Source: Eutreptiella sp. 'Long Island Sound 2002'
Lineage: Eukaryota; Protista; Euglenida
Assembly (NCBI GenBank): GCA_964036045.1
Contig: OZ038378.1
Location: 1,612,001-1,676,000 of the forward strand
DNA: 64,000 nucleotides
Direction: 5' to 3'
Shown here in pieces: positions 48,101 through 60,194 of this stretch (position 1 is its first letter; the number at the start of each line of letters is the position of its first letter). The notes under the pieces were generated by a model. The model saw nothing but the letters and a program-made list of their open reading frames with translations, was not told where the DNA came from and made no database searches. Both the position numbers and the translations under genes were made by a program.

Positions 48101-48635
48101 TGGTTCGTCGAGTTGGACCCAGTGGGACCCATTCCTCGGAAAGACAGAGGGTCGAGGCATGACGCCTGAGAGGATTGCTGTCTGAAGCTGCCGGCGCCTA
48201 TTGGCCTCTCGCCATTGACCCTTGTCCTTCCGATGACCCCTTCCACTTGGTGGGTGGCGGTGCCAAATGGCCTCTCACTACCTGGTGCCCTTACGCTGCT
48301 GCTGGAGTCTGGGGAGGATGCAAAGGCCACACAACAGCGTGGCCCTCCTAGGCACAGCCACGCCAACTGAGATGACAATCAGGGGCGTCCGGAACATGAT
48401 ATAAATCCACAAGTAAAGCTCTTGGAGAGATGGGCATGCTACCCACAAGACACTGGGGTACTTCTCTGCCATCACCTGTGTACACACCTCTGCTATTCAC
48501 AAAACACGCACACCTCTGCTATTCACAAAACACAAAGCACATGGGCACACCTGCGTGCACCTCTGATATACAAAGAGGGGATCACGTGGGGGCAAAGCAT
48601 TAACACCTGGCTGGCCTTTTGCACCAACATGCAGC

Positions 48636-49493
48636 TTCAGAAGCGGCGCTAGCTGGGCAGCCTGAGTTAACAGCAACCACCCGACAAATATAATTATACC
48701 ACAAATAATACAAATAATAATGTACATGACATCTCATAACTTTTTGCAGCATCGCAGTCCAGGGGGGGAGGGGGGGGCACCGCTCCCTCCAACGGAAGGG
48801 GCAGTTATCCCCCGCGAACCTCTGGCACATTACGAAACGAAATGAGACGTGTCAAGCCGGGCATTATTCACAAAGACTCGCCATCAACCACAGAATTCCA
48901 CTTCAAATGATGATGTGGTGGTGGGGCGGGGGGAGGGGGGGCAGGGGCACTGTGAATCAAGAGTGTGTGTGGGTTGTGTGTGGGTGAGGTCTGCGGGCGC
49001 CGGCAGGGGAGTGGGCGCCAAGGGAGAGTTTGATGAAGTGAGGGGGCAGGCGACAACGTTGACGGCTGGGAAACGACCGTTCGCCCAGTCAGACGGCGCC
49101 TCACAAAACGAGAATCTACACCCACAATATGGCCTGATAGCCCCCTCACCCCTGCTTGGAAGTTCCGCGCACCACCGCTGGGTAGCACTTGGTGATCCAG
49201 AACCCCCTGGACCTGTGTTACACTCCCCACATCATTTCTGATGGAGCACCAAACCACCAAACCAACTTCACTGTCATGGGAATGACTGAATATGAAGCAT
49301 GGCCGGCGCCGGCGTGAGAGGGACGCCGAGGGGGAGAAGCAGCATTTGTGAGCAGAGGAACAACTGTCCCCCTCTCACCTCCAAAACTACGTTCTGTGGC
49401 TTGGGAAACCCGAAACTAGTGCGTACACCCAGAATGACCAACCAGCATATTTACTCAGCCCTTAGCCCTTCCACCCCCACCCCCAGCCATTCC
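48636..49493 (+). repeat. 858-bp direct duplication, copy 1
   Basis: Matches 52350-53207 at a constant offset of 3714; identical ORFs at 48849/52563 and 48868/52582. Confidence 0.95.
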
Positions 49494-49700
49494 GGGGGAA
49501 TGTTTGCCCGGCGCGCGCCCGGCGCGCGCCCGGCGCGCTACTTTTGTATTAACTATCCCGACTTCAGCCCCAGATTTACCCTCCCATGGAGAAGCCCCCC
49601 AAGTAGACCACGTTGCACTGCACACCTTCCCTACAAAGCACGTTGCAAAATAAAGCAATATCTGTGACTTCAACCACTCCAAATGTCATTTGTGTTGCAC

Positions 49701-51173
49701 TTAACAAACAACATTGGTCCCACAAGTGTGGGTGTCAATACATTCATTACAATAGTGCTCCTTACACTCATCACAAACTGCGACGGTGGAGCGCCTTTGG
49801 CAACACAAAACACACACTTCCGCCTCATCCTCTGCCTCATCTTGCGTGGCGGCCGAGTTGCTTTGGTCAGTCCAAACCTGAGGCGGGACATGCTCCCATG
49901 GTCCGTAGGGGGGGTGACGGACTTGCCTTCGGATGCAAAACTGAGTGAAATGCAACAAAATGCGGACTGACTGGTGCAACTCATTGGGGCCGCCACGCCA
50001 GATGTTCCTAACCAAACCCCAATGCCACAACCGAGCAAACAGCTGCTCAATGCGTGCCCTGTACCACCCATGGACATCGTTGTAACCTTGTTGGCGGGCT
50101 GTCAAAGTGCCATTCTTTCTTCCAATGAATGGCACAATGACATGAATCCGGCCTTTATAAGCGCCATCATGGCCCCCAACTTCAAAATCAAAGAAATCCC
50201 CTCGGGTACGAGAAGGTCCGTACCCATCCCAAATCAAAACATCTGCTGATGTCCCGGGGGCCAAGGGGCAAATCCATACAATGTTGCCCAACATATCAAC
50301 GGCAACAGTGACCTTGTAAACATGCGACGCATACTTAGGATTCCACAGGTCTGCACTCCATATCCCGCCAATGGAACTGATGGGCATGGAGTCTGTGAAA
50401 TGCGTCATAAAGAATGGAAAATGGGGACAATGGTTGAAAGGATTCAACCTGTCGGCCCATCGAATCTCTTGAACAACATGGTTAAGGTATTCGCGAGCAC
50501 GGGCAACACTCTGCCGCCAGGCAACCTCCGAACCTTCTGCGTGAGACATGAAAGCACCGCTCTCTGCCGGTGGGGTGTGTTTCATCCAGAAAAAAAATCG
50601 AAACAATGACTCACGGTCGAGGAGCTCGGGGTGCCCGTACTTCATCCAAAATTCCTCCATTGTTTCGGCATCTGCACCCATCCGTGCAACTTGGGTACGC
50701 ACACAGGTGGACTTACACCGTTTCACCCACCATTGGACACCACCACCCTTGCCATCGTCGTAGACGGGGTGCAAAGGGTGTGCCAAGTTCTTAGACACGG
50801 CGAGGAGATATTCCAAAATCTCATCCTCTGTCTTTTTGTTCTCCCTCGCAACCTCTTCCGCTGTGTACTCTCTTTCTGTGGAGGGTTCCACAGGGTTGGG
50901 CTGGGGCTTGGGTTTGCCTTTCGCGGACTTAGATTTGCGTTGAGGTTTGGGTTGGGGTTTGGGTTGAGGGTTGGGTTGAGGTTTGGGTTCAGGTTTGGGT
51001 TGAGGTTTGGGTTGAGGTTTGGGTTGAGGTTTGGGTTGAGGTTTGGGCTGGGCTTCAAGATTGGAACTTGAGCTAGAACTAGAACTTGAGCTAGAACTAG
51101 AAGCTGAATTGGAGGCAAGCATTCCAAACAACGTACGCTGCCCTTTGGCTGCCGGCAATGGCGCTGTCCCCAA
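49701..51173 (-). CDS. Harbinger/HARBI1-like DDE transposase with N-terminal Ser and (KPQP)n repeats and a C-terminal Cys/His finger
   Basis: [54 protein letters not shown]; tail CVLCC..CDEC..CNEC..H. First ATG is at 51122 (51173 is a TTG). Confidence 0.85.
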   Translation of the reverse strand: MGTAPLPAAKGQRTLFGMLASNSASSSSSSSSSSSSSNLEAQPKPQPKPQPKPQPKPQPKPEPKPQPNPQPKPQPKPQRKSKSAKGKPKPQPNPVEPSTEREYTAEEVARENKKTEDEILEYLLAVSKNLAHPLHPVYDDGKGGGVQWWVKRCKSTCVRTQVARMGADAETMEEFWMKYGHPELLDRESLFRFFFWMKHTPPAESGAFMSHAEGSEVAWRQSVARAREYLNHVVQEIRWADRLNPFNHCPHFPFFMTHFTDSMPISSIGGIWSADLWNPKYASHVYKVTVAVDMLGNIVWICPLAPGTSADVLIWDGYGPSRTRGDFFDFEVGGHDGAYKGRIHVIVPFIGRKNGTLTARQQGYNDVHGWYRARIEQLFARLWHWGLVRNIWRGGPNELHQSVRILLHFTQFCIRRQVRHPPYGPWEHVPPQVWTDQSNSAATQDEAEDEAEVCVLCCQRRSTVAVCDECKEHYCNECIDTHTCGTNVVC

Positions 51174-51311
51174 TCTTCAAGTCCATATCGAAAAGCAAAA
51201 GAGGTCTGAGGACGCGAACAGCAAAAATTGATCTCCCGCAGCAGACACGCTGAATGTATCACCGTATTACCAGCTCAGCGTGCCCGTTTCAAAGTGCACA
51301 TGCACGCATTT

Positions 51312-51710
51312 CAGGAACTACGCAACAAAACACAACGCAACACAACGCAAAGAAGAAAGAAAGAAAGCCCCTTTTTGCCTCCTTCTCGAGCCGGGGAAAA
51401 GCTCGAGGCAGGGATCTTCAAGCCCCTGATTGCCTCCTCCTCGAGCCGGGGTATGAAAGCTCGAGGCAGGGATCTTCAAGTGCCGGTATCGGCGAATTGG
51501 ACACAAACAACAGGAACTACGCAACAAAACACAACGCAACACAACGCAAAGAAGAAAGAAAGAAAGCCCCTTTTTGCCTCCTTCTCGAGCCGGGGAAAAG
51601 CTCGAGGCAGGGATCTTCAAGCCTCTGATTGCCTCCTCCTCGAGCCGGGGTATGAAAGCTCGAGGCAGGGATCTTCAAGTGCCGGTATCGGCGAATTGGA
51701 CACAAACAAC
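51312..51710 (+). repeat. Two 199-bp tandem units inside the transposon, each with two CTCGAGC..GCTCGAG hairpins
   Basis: CAGGAACTACGC starts at 51312 and 51511. Confidence 0.92.
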
Positions 51711-51717
51711 AACACAA

Positions 51718-52256
51718 GCAACAAAGCGTGGATTCAAAGATTGTTCCGGTTTCCTCAATAGCACCTGACGGTTGGGGCCCAAAAGAGGGCGGAAATGCTA
51801 CATCACCCCTGCATTCTCGGGGGTCCCCAACAAAGGGAACAAAATCAAAACTCAAAACCTACGCCGGGGGTCACCATGATGCACCACGCAACAAAGCGTG
51901 GATTCAAAGATTGTCCCGGTTTCCTCAATAGCACCGGACGGTTGGGGCCCAAAAGAGGGCGGAAATGCTACATCACCCCTGCATTCTCGGGGGTCCCCAA
52001 CAAAGGGAACAAAATCGGAAGTCAAAACCTACGCCGGGGGTCACCATGATGCACCACGCAACAAAGCGTGGATTCAAAGATTGTCCCGGTTTCCTCAATA
52101 GCACCGGACGGTTGGGGCCCAAAAGAGGGCGGAAATGCTACATCACCCCTGCATTCTCGGGGGTCCCCAACAAAGGGAACAAAATCGGAAGTCAAAACCT
52201 ACGCCGGGGGTCACCATGATGCAGCACGCAACGAAGCGTGGATTCAAAGATTGTCC
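51718..52256 (+). repeat. ~3.2 copies of a 170-bp tandem unit inside the transposon
   Basis: GCAAC(A/G)AAGCGTGG at 51718, 51888, 52058 and 52228. Confidence 0.93.
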
Positions 52257-52349
52257 TAAGTGCGCCCCTTAGCGCACCCCCTAAAAGGTCACCGGTGGGG
52301 CACGGGTCCAAAAAGATGCCCGGCGCGCGCCCGGCGCGCTAACGTTCCC

Positions 52350-53207
52350 TTCAGAAGCGGCGCTAGCTGGGCAGCCTGAGTTAACAGCAACCACCCGACA
52401 AATATAATTATACCACAAATAATACAAATAATAATGTACATGACATCTCATAACTTTTTGCAGCATCGCAGTCCAGGGGGGGAGGGGGGGGCACCGCTCC
52501 CTCCAACGGAAGGGGCAGTTATCCCCCGCGAACCTCTGGCACATTACGAAACGAAATGAGACGTGTCAAGCCGGGCATTATTCACAAAGACTCGCCATCA
52601 ACCACAGAATTCCACTTCAAATGATGATGTGGTGGTGGGGCGGGGGGAGGGGGGGCAGGGGCACTGTGAATCAAGAGTGTGTGTGGGTTGTGTGTGGGTG
52701 AGGTCTGCGGGCGCCGGCAGGGGAGTGGGCGCCAAGGGAGAGTTTGATGAAGTGAGGGGGCAGGCGACAACGTTGACGGCTGGGAAACGACCGTTCGCCC
52801 AGTCAGACGGCGCCTCACAAAACGAGAATCTACACCCACAATATGGCCTGATAGCCCCCTCACCCCTGCTTGGAAGTTCCGCGCACCACCGCTGGGTAGC
52901 ACTTGGTGATCCAGAACCCCCTGGACCTGTGTTACACTCCCCACATCATTTCTGATGGAGCACCAAACCACCAAACCAACTTCACTGTCATGGGAATGAC
53001 TGAATATGAAGCATGGCCGGCGCCGGCGTGAGAGGGACGCCGAGGGGGAGAAGCAGCATTTGTGAGCAGAGGAACAACTGTCCCCCTCTCACCTCCAAAA
53101 CTACGTTCTGTGGCTTGGGAAACCCGAAACTAGTGCGTACACCCAGAATGACCAACCAGCATATTTACTCAGCCCTTAGCCCTTCCACCCCCACCCCCAG
53201 CCATTCC
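52350..53207 (+). repeat. 858-bp direct duplication, copy 2
   Basis: Matches 48636-49493. Confidence 0.95.
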
Positions 53208-53320
53208 ACCCCCTGCGATTGAGAATGTCCGCAGTCAGAGAGGCGGCCCGAGCCTCTCAGCAGAGCAGACGAGCTGTAGACAAGGCGCTCTTTGTCATCG
53301 CAGCTGAGACGGGGCCTCGA

Positions 53321-53888
53321 TACCCAGCCCCCCCCTGTCCTAACACAGGCCAGGTTCCGGTTCAGGATGCAAAAGTGCAGAAACACGGGGCCATCGTGCT
53401 TGGACAAGCCCGTGTTAGTGTTAGACCATGGAACACATGTTGCAGGCATAACCTGACCCCACCCCTCAAATCATGACAATACAAAGCAGTTCTCTTCATG
53501 TGCACAACTCAGGTACCACTCAGTTGCTTGCATTCTGATTGACAGGCACCGAATGGCACCGAATAGAACCCCTTGCCAACCTTGCACCTCATCTTGAAGA
53601 GCTGGACATGCTTGCATTTTGGGGCTGGTATGTGACAGGCAGTGAACAGAGAATTGTTCGTCTCTACAAAAGGGTGCCCAACAAGCCAGCATACACCGCA
53701 AAACACCAGAGCACATGGAAATACAGCTACACCAACACGTTGACACCCATATTGATCCTTCCTGCAGCCTGCACAAAGCGACAGACCACATTCTCCATTG
53801 CATTGGAACCGCAAAACCAATGGCTCCAAAAAGGCCCAAAACTGCGGAAACATGGGTTTGGACAAGCCCGTGTTAGGACAGGGGGGTA
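53321..53888. mobile_element. Possible Tc1/mariner-type MITE
   Basis: Inverted pair CCCCCCTGTCCTAACAC(A)GGC (~53330-53350) / GCC(C)GTGTTAGGACAGGGGGG (53866-53886), with TA at or near both outer edges. Confidence 0.35.
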
Positions 53889-56151
53889 CAACAGATTTGC
53901 CGGTCTTGCAGTGCGCGCAGAATGTCCTCTGCTCTTCGGCAAAGGCACAGTGCCAACGGCGGCACGCAGAGTAGTAATAGACCGCGGACCGATTCAAAAA
54001 CACCAGGCAATCACTGCCATCCAAGTTTGGCCTATTGCAGGGTTTCTGGGCTCATGATGCTCAGAAGCATCCGCCGCAGCCAAGCACATTCCTGTTTGGC
54101 ATGACCCTCAGCCCCCCAATCCCCCTCCCAGAGTTTCACTCCACATCTCAAGGCCCACTGTATGTGTGTATGTGTGTGCATGTGTGTTCCCTGAAGATGA
54201 TCACCAACAGCTTGAAATTTCTGAGAATGTGTTTCATCAGGAGGAGGGGGGTCAATGCATACGTCCGGCGTTGCGCACTGGTTCAATCTTGCGGAGAGGA
54301 CCCTCCGAACGGTTGGCGTCGGATACTGGGCAATACAGAGGGCGAGATACGAATGTCTTGGCCCCGTGTACTGAATGCATCAAATTGTACCATCGACTGG
54401 TACAACCACCCAACAAAGCAGCAAATAGTCAGCGGAGGCTATGGAAAAGTATTGGTACTTCCCCATTTGGTGGGAACGGTATGGCTCCTGTGGCTTGTGT
54501 GTACACCCGCAGGCCAGCGGAGGGGGCTGGGGCGGTGTAGCGCTACCATGTCCTGGCGGTGGGCTTTGCGTGTACCCGCATCCAGGGGGGAAATGCAGAC
54601 AGAATGGCTTTTTTCTGCAGCGTATCACTCAGTTCCTGTTTCAAGGGAGGCCCGTTGGGACCAGAGTGGGCCCATAAATTAGGCCTTAGAGACGGCCACA
54701 GCTACGCACTGTAGTCGCTGAAGCCATGTTCGGCAGAAGCCTGCCACCTCATGAGAAGAAGAAGAAAAGAAGCACTTTATTCAAAGGACACGCCAGTGTA
54801 GAAGAGGCAAACGATGGCACCCAACAAAGCTTGCTCCCAACACGACCTCTACGCTGACTTCAGCTTGGACCAGGCCGGAGCTGCAACGGAGGGGATGGTC
54901 TACCGCCGGGGATGCCGAAGAGACTCCAGCCGGTTGAGTGGTTCTAGCACCCAGCTCCTACAGCCAAGGTGGGGGAATCGAACCCTAGGCTGGGCGCAAG
55001 TCCTGGGCGCCGGGAGTAAAGGTCCCGAACACCGCTGGAAAGCCTACAGAGAGGTCGCGGTTCAACACGGCTGCACGCCTGATCGTGCTCCGGCGTGTCC
55101 GCAACCAGTCCTCAGACAGAGGACTCATGCCCCGAAATACCTCTGGGATGCCGAGCTTCACAGGGCGGGAGGGGGGGCACAGTTACGAGGCCGCAGAAGG
55201 TCGCCACTCGTTCCAGGCCGCCACATCCAGAACGCCGTTGGGGCTTGTGGTGCTGTTTGCACCAAGGCTCTCGACCGAGTGGTTGCATGCCTCGCTCACT
55301 GTGCACACCATCACCTGCGCAAACAAGCGACAGCGAGGCGATGCGGGGGGCACAAATGGAGGAGGAAGGGAAGGAGGGATGCGGTGGGGAGCCTTTGGTC
55401 TGCACGGGGGCCTTGGTGCCCCTTTCTGGACCTCCAAACATGTGGGTGCCGGTTCAGTGCCTGACAGCACAGCACGCCCCGCGGTGTGTCTCAGCCCCTC
55501 CCAACCGCATGTGGGAGACACAAACAACACTCTCTCCTCACTCCTGGTGTTGCGTCGCAAAAGGCAAGTGGGGGTCCGACTGGAGCTCTTCCAGACGTTC
55601 CCCTTCCTGCCCTTCCTACCACTTCTCGCGTAAAACAACAGGCTCCCAAGAAAAGCGGCTGATGTCAGTTACGTGCCTCCGAGTAAACCAGATGCAGAAG
55701 CTCCCGGTGGACGGTTCTCCTTCCGGAGGCACCGCCCACACTGACTATACATCTTTCAGTCGTGTGTACTGTCTGTACTTACAATCGTGCCTTCGTGCCG
55801 AGTGTGCGCACTACTTTTACTTGTTTAGCAATTGTCGCCCCCCCCCCCTTCCCCCCGCTGTGGGATGCAAATGGTGTTGCTTGGTGAACCAAACCCTGGA
55901 GAAGCCCTGGGTGGCACCACCAACGAGGATCAGTGACAATTTCACAGCCCCCCCCGCTTTCCCCTCTTGGGGAATGCTTCAAGGGCTGGCCAGGGGGAAA
56001 GGCCCTTAGAGCCCCTTACCTACACTGGCCCCCTGAATAAGGAGGGCTCCAAGGCCCGACAGTTTGCTTTTAGAAACACTGCACTGCGCCAATCTCATTG
56101 GCCGACAGAAACAACGGGGCAACACTGGCACTGTGTGCCCATCGCCCAGTA

Positions 56152-56487
56152 CTGTTGTAAGACGGGGCGTCTTAGAAAATCTAAGACACATGTAAGACGC
56201 ATGTAAGACGCATGTAAGACGGATGTAAGACGCATGTAAGACGGATGTAAGACGCATGTAAGACGGATGTAAGACGCATGTAAGACGCCCCGTCTTACAT
56301 AATCTAAGACGGGGCGTCTTAGAAAATCTAAGACGGGGCGTCTTAGATTATCTAAGACGCCCCGTCTTAGATAATCTAAGACGCCCCGTCTTACATAGTC
56401 TAAGACGGGGCGTCTTAGAAAATCTAAGACGGGGCGTCTTAGATTTTCTAAGACGCCCCGTCTTAGATTATGTAAGACGGGGCGTCT
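56152..56487. repeat. Left arm array: 11-bp GTAAGACG(C/G)AT units plus 24-bp palindromic TAAGACG-NNN-CGTCTTA units
   Basis: Direct inspection of the sequence. Confidence 0.93.
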
Positions 56488-56736
56488 GGTACTTGGAATG
56501 TGTATTGCAGTGTGTGATGGATTGAACGAATAATATGATAATAATAGAATGAAAAATATGAAAAAGAGAGGTGTGTAGGACGGGGTTGGTCATACAGATC
56601 TAATACCATGCAAATCCTAAAGATTTGCGTAAATAATTAATTCCCGGCACAAGGTGTTATTGTCCACAAAAAAAATGTGTAAAAAATTATTTATTGGCTT
56701 CATGCCTTACGCAAAAATGGGTTCCCGGTCCCATCG

Positions 56737-56829
56737 CTCCATCCCATCACTCCATCTCACCACTCCATCCCATCACTCCATCTCACCACTCCATCCCATC
56801 ACTCCATCTCACCACTCCATCCCATCACT
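56737..56829 (+). repeat. 26-bp tandem repeat (~3.6 copies)
   Basis: CTCCATCCCATCACTCCATCTCACCA at 56737, 56763, 56789 and 56815 (partial). Confidence 0.9.
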
Positions 56830-57632
56830 CACTTCCTTAACCGGGCCCTCTTCTGCGAAGGTGGTTGCAAACAGGGAAGGTTAGGGAAGGTATGCCTGTT
56901 TTTCTCTTGTAGGTTTCGTTTGGTCAGCGCAAAACGTTTCCGAGATCGATATCAGTGATGTAGTGCAGCGAGCGCCAAAATCAGAGAGGAAGTATGAAAA
57001 CAATCAAAAACGAGGTTGGGTTAACAAATTCTCTCCTTTCCAAAACCCGGGCAAGCGACCTGGGGCCTAGCCACAGGGTGGCAGGTGACTGTCTGGCACG
57101 ATATTGGTTTGTGGTAAGTAGGAGCTTTGTCTGGACCACTGCGACCTAAATAGACCGCTGTGCTTAAATAGGTGGGATCAGTTACTACCTTTGGGTCAAA
57201 CAAGATATTGGGTGATTGTAAGTAGGTACGTCTCCCTTCCCAACCCTGGGCGACAGACCTGGGGCCCAGCCACTGGGTGGCGGGTATGCAGACCTACTTG
57301 TTTGAAGGATGGATGCACTAGTAGCACTAGTAAAGATAGGTAGGTGCAGTAGCAATTGTTTCGTTTATTTTCGTTTTCTGCTATTTTGGCGCGGCAATTT
57401 TCAGCCTAAGAAGCAAACCAGGGTTGGCGCCGGGATGGAAACCCGAGGGGTCAACAATGCCTATGGCGGCTCTGGTTTGTTTCTGCAAAACAGCAATCTT
57501 TCTTTGCGGCGCTGATGCCGTGAAGTTAAGATTGCCCCTTAGCGCCCTGCATTGGCTATGCAGGAGCGAATTGTCAAGCCCTGTCGTCAGGTGAGTCTGG
57601 TATATGAGGTACTGTTTACCCGGGGAAACAAA

Positions 57633-57942
57633 ACATTTGTATGCCTGTGTAGGAATGGACTGCAATCCCAGAGTCCAACTCATCCACATTTGTATGCCTG
57701 TGTAGGAATGGACTGCAATCCCAGAGTCCAACTCATCCACATTTGTATGCCTGTGTAGGAATGGACTGCAATCCCAGAGTCCAACTCATCCACATTTGTA
57801 TGCCTGTGTAGGAATGGACTGCAATCCCAGAGTCCAACTCATCCACATTTGTATGCCTGTGTAGGAATGGACTGCAATCCCAGAGTCCAACTCATCCACA
57901 TTTGTATGCCTGTGTAGGAATGGACTGCAATCCCAGAGTCCA
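57633..57942 (+). repeat. 53-bp perfect tandem repeat (~5.8 copies)
   Basis: ACATTTGTATGCCTGTGTAGGAATGGACTGCAATCCCAGAGTCCAACTCATCC at 57633, 57686, 57739, 57792, 57845 and 57898. Confidence 0.97.
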
Positions 57943-58966
57943 TTTTTGGAGGGAAAATAGGCGGATACAAGTGCAATTCTTCACCCCCCACTATCTCTGC
58001 AGGTCCCCCTACGGGGGGGACCTTGTCAGGCAGTTACAGGTCAACATACCCCTTAAGCCCCTCCCTTGCTCTAATCCCCTAATCCCCCTTGCTCTCGACC
58101 CCTTCCCCGACCTCCGGTGCCTTTGGCACCAGCCATTCCCAATCAAGGAAACAAACAAAAGTCTGTTAAACACAAGGGGGCCACTGGCAGCACCGCTTTC
58201 GCAAATTTTATTTTTTCTTTTTTGGGGACTGTCTCTTTCAATGTTAAACTGGTGATGTCTGATGGCTGGGTGCCTGGGCTGGCAAGTTTCACCTTCTTGC
58301 CCTACAGGGGGGGGGGGGGGGAGAGGACGCCCAGGCACCCAAGGGGTCCAAGAGAGCATGGTGGGATATAAAAATAAAAACCTGTAAGTTCCTCTCCTGC
58401 CCTCCCCGCCAGGGCCACCCCCGCCTTGTTTGCCCCCAGCCTTCGGGTTCCACACATTCGATGACTGGAACAGGTCAGGGATGTTGAAGACTTTAAAATT
58501 TTTTTGTGGTGTGTATGTGTTACGATTCACATGGTTCATTACTCAGGAATTGCACCCAGCCCCTCCTGTTTTGCACTCTTTTGTGACGGCTTTGTGAAGG
58601 AATTTGTTAGGGAAAACCTCAGCATAGGCCACAGAGGACAGACTCATTGACCTGCAGCACTGTCGAAACCCCCTCTCCCTTGCGGTGTTGTGTTGTGACG
58701 TTGTGCCAACAGGTGTTCTGTAGAGTTCCAAATTTGTGTGTTGCATGTCAGCATGTATTAGCAAGAAGTATTGACAAGAAGGGTGAAAGGAAGGAAGAGA
58801 ATACTTGCAGCAAAGTACATGGATGCAAGCAGTTGTAAAGAAGAGATTAGAACAGGAGAAGGGAACAACACCACATAATAGAATGGGATGTTGCTGATGT
58901 GAAAGTGGACACGGCAAAAGTCATGGTGCAGCCACTGTTGCTGTGCACCCTGCTAATTGTAGACAA

Positions 58967-60083
58967 CCTGCTAATTGTAGACACCGTGGGCATGTTGTAG
59001 ACGCGAAGTGCCAATATTTGGGAAGGGGGCCAAAGGCCCCCCTCCCCACCAAACGGTCCGCTGGCAGCGTTCACCCGCGCACACGGGCATGGTGTTCTGT
59101 GGTCTGTGGACACTGTCTGCCCCAAGTAGACGCGGCCTGCTAATTGTAGACACCGTGGGCATGTCGTAGACGCGAAGTGCCAATATTAGGGAAGGGGGCC
59201 GAAGGCCCCCCTCCCCACCAAACGGTCCGCTGGCAGCGTTCACCCGCACACACGGGCATGGTGTTCTGCAGTCTATAGACACTGCCTGCCCCAAGTAGAC
59301 GCGGCCTGCTAATTGTAGACACCGTGGGCATGTTGTAGACGCGAAGTGCCAATATTAGGGAAGGGGGCCGAAGGCCCCCTTCCCCACCAAACGGTCCGCT
59401 GGCAGCGTTCACCCGCGCACACGGGCATGGTGTTCTGCAGTCTGTAGACACTGTCTGCCCCAAGTAGACGCGGCCTGCTAATTGCAGACACCGTGGGCAT
59501 GTTGTAGACGCGAAGTGCCAATATTGGGGAATATTCGGCCCCCTTCCCCACCTAACGGCCCGTTGGCAGCGTTCACCCGCGCACACGGGCATGGTGTTCT
59601 GTGGTCTGTAGACACTGTCTGCCCCAAGTAGACGCGGCCTGCTAATTGCAGACACCGTGGGCATGTTGTAGACGCGAAGGGCCAATATTAGGGGGGCCGA
59701 AGGCCCCCTTCCCCACCAAACAGCCCGCTGGCAGCGTTCACCCGCGCACACGGGCATGGTGTTCTGCAGTCTGTAGACACTGTCTGCCCCAAGTAGACGC
59801 GGCCTGCTAATTGTAGACACCGTGGGCATGTCGTAGATGCAAAGTGCCAATATTTGGGAAGGGGGCCGAAGGCCCCCTTCCCCACCAAACGGTCCGCTGG
59901 CAGCGTTCACCCGCACACACGGGCATGGTGTTCTGTGGTCTGTAGACACTGTCTGCCCCAAGTAGACGCGGCCTGCTAATTGTAGACACCGTGGGCATGT
60001 TGTAGACGCGAAGGGCCAATATTAGGGAAGGGGGCCGAAGGCCCCCTTCCCCACCAAACGGTCCGCTGGCAGCGTTCACCCGG
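58967..60083 (+). repeat. ~169-bp tandem repeat (~6.7 copies)
   Basis: CCTGCTAATTG(T/C)AGACACC at 58967, 59136, 59305, 59474, 59638, 59803 and 59972. Confidence 0.96.
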
Positions 60084-60194
60084 CGCAGGTAGGGTGTTCG
60101 GTAGTTTGTGGTTTGTTTCCTACATTTGTATTATGTCCTGATCTTGTTCAATCCCATAGCTTTTTGAATGAAAAAAACTGCACCTGTACTTACT

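Larger units (their letters stand above)
49496..52349 (-). mobile_element. PIF/Harbinger-like (IS5-group DDE) DNA transposon
   Basis: 10-bp imperfect TIR caps GGGAATGTTT / TAACGTTCCC; 11-bp GCCCGGCGCGC x3 at the left and x2 at the right; intact DDE_Tnp_4-like ORF inside. Confidence 0.8.

Noticed and set aside
48636-53207. LTR retrotransposon with 858-bp LTRs
   Set aside because: The interior encodes a Harbinger-like DDE enzyme with its own TIR caps. There is no gag/RT/integrase, no TG...CA ends and no TSD outside the repeats.
57633-57942. CRISPR-like array
   Set aside because: Units are contiguous identical 53-mers with no unique spacers, and there are no cas genes. The same applies to the 24-bp arrays at 56.2 and 60.2 kb.
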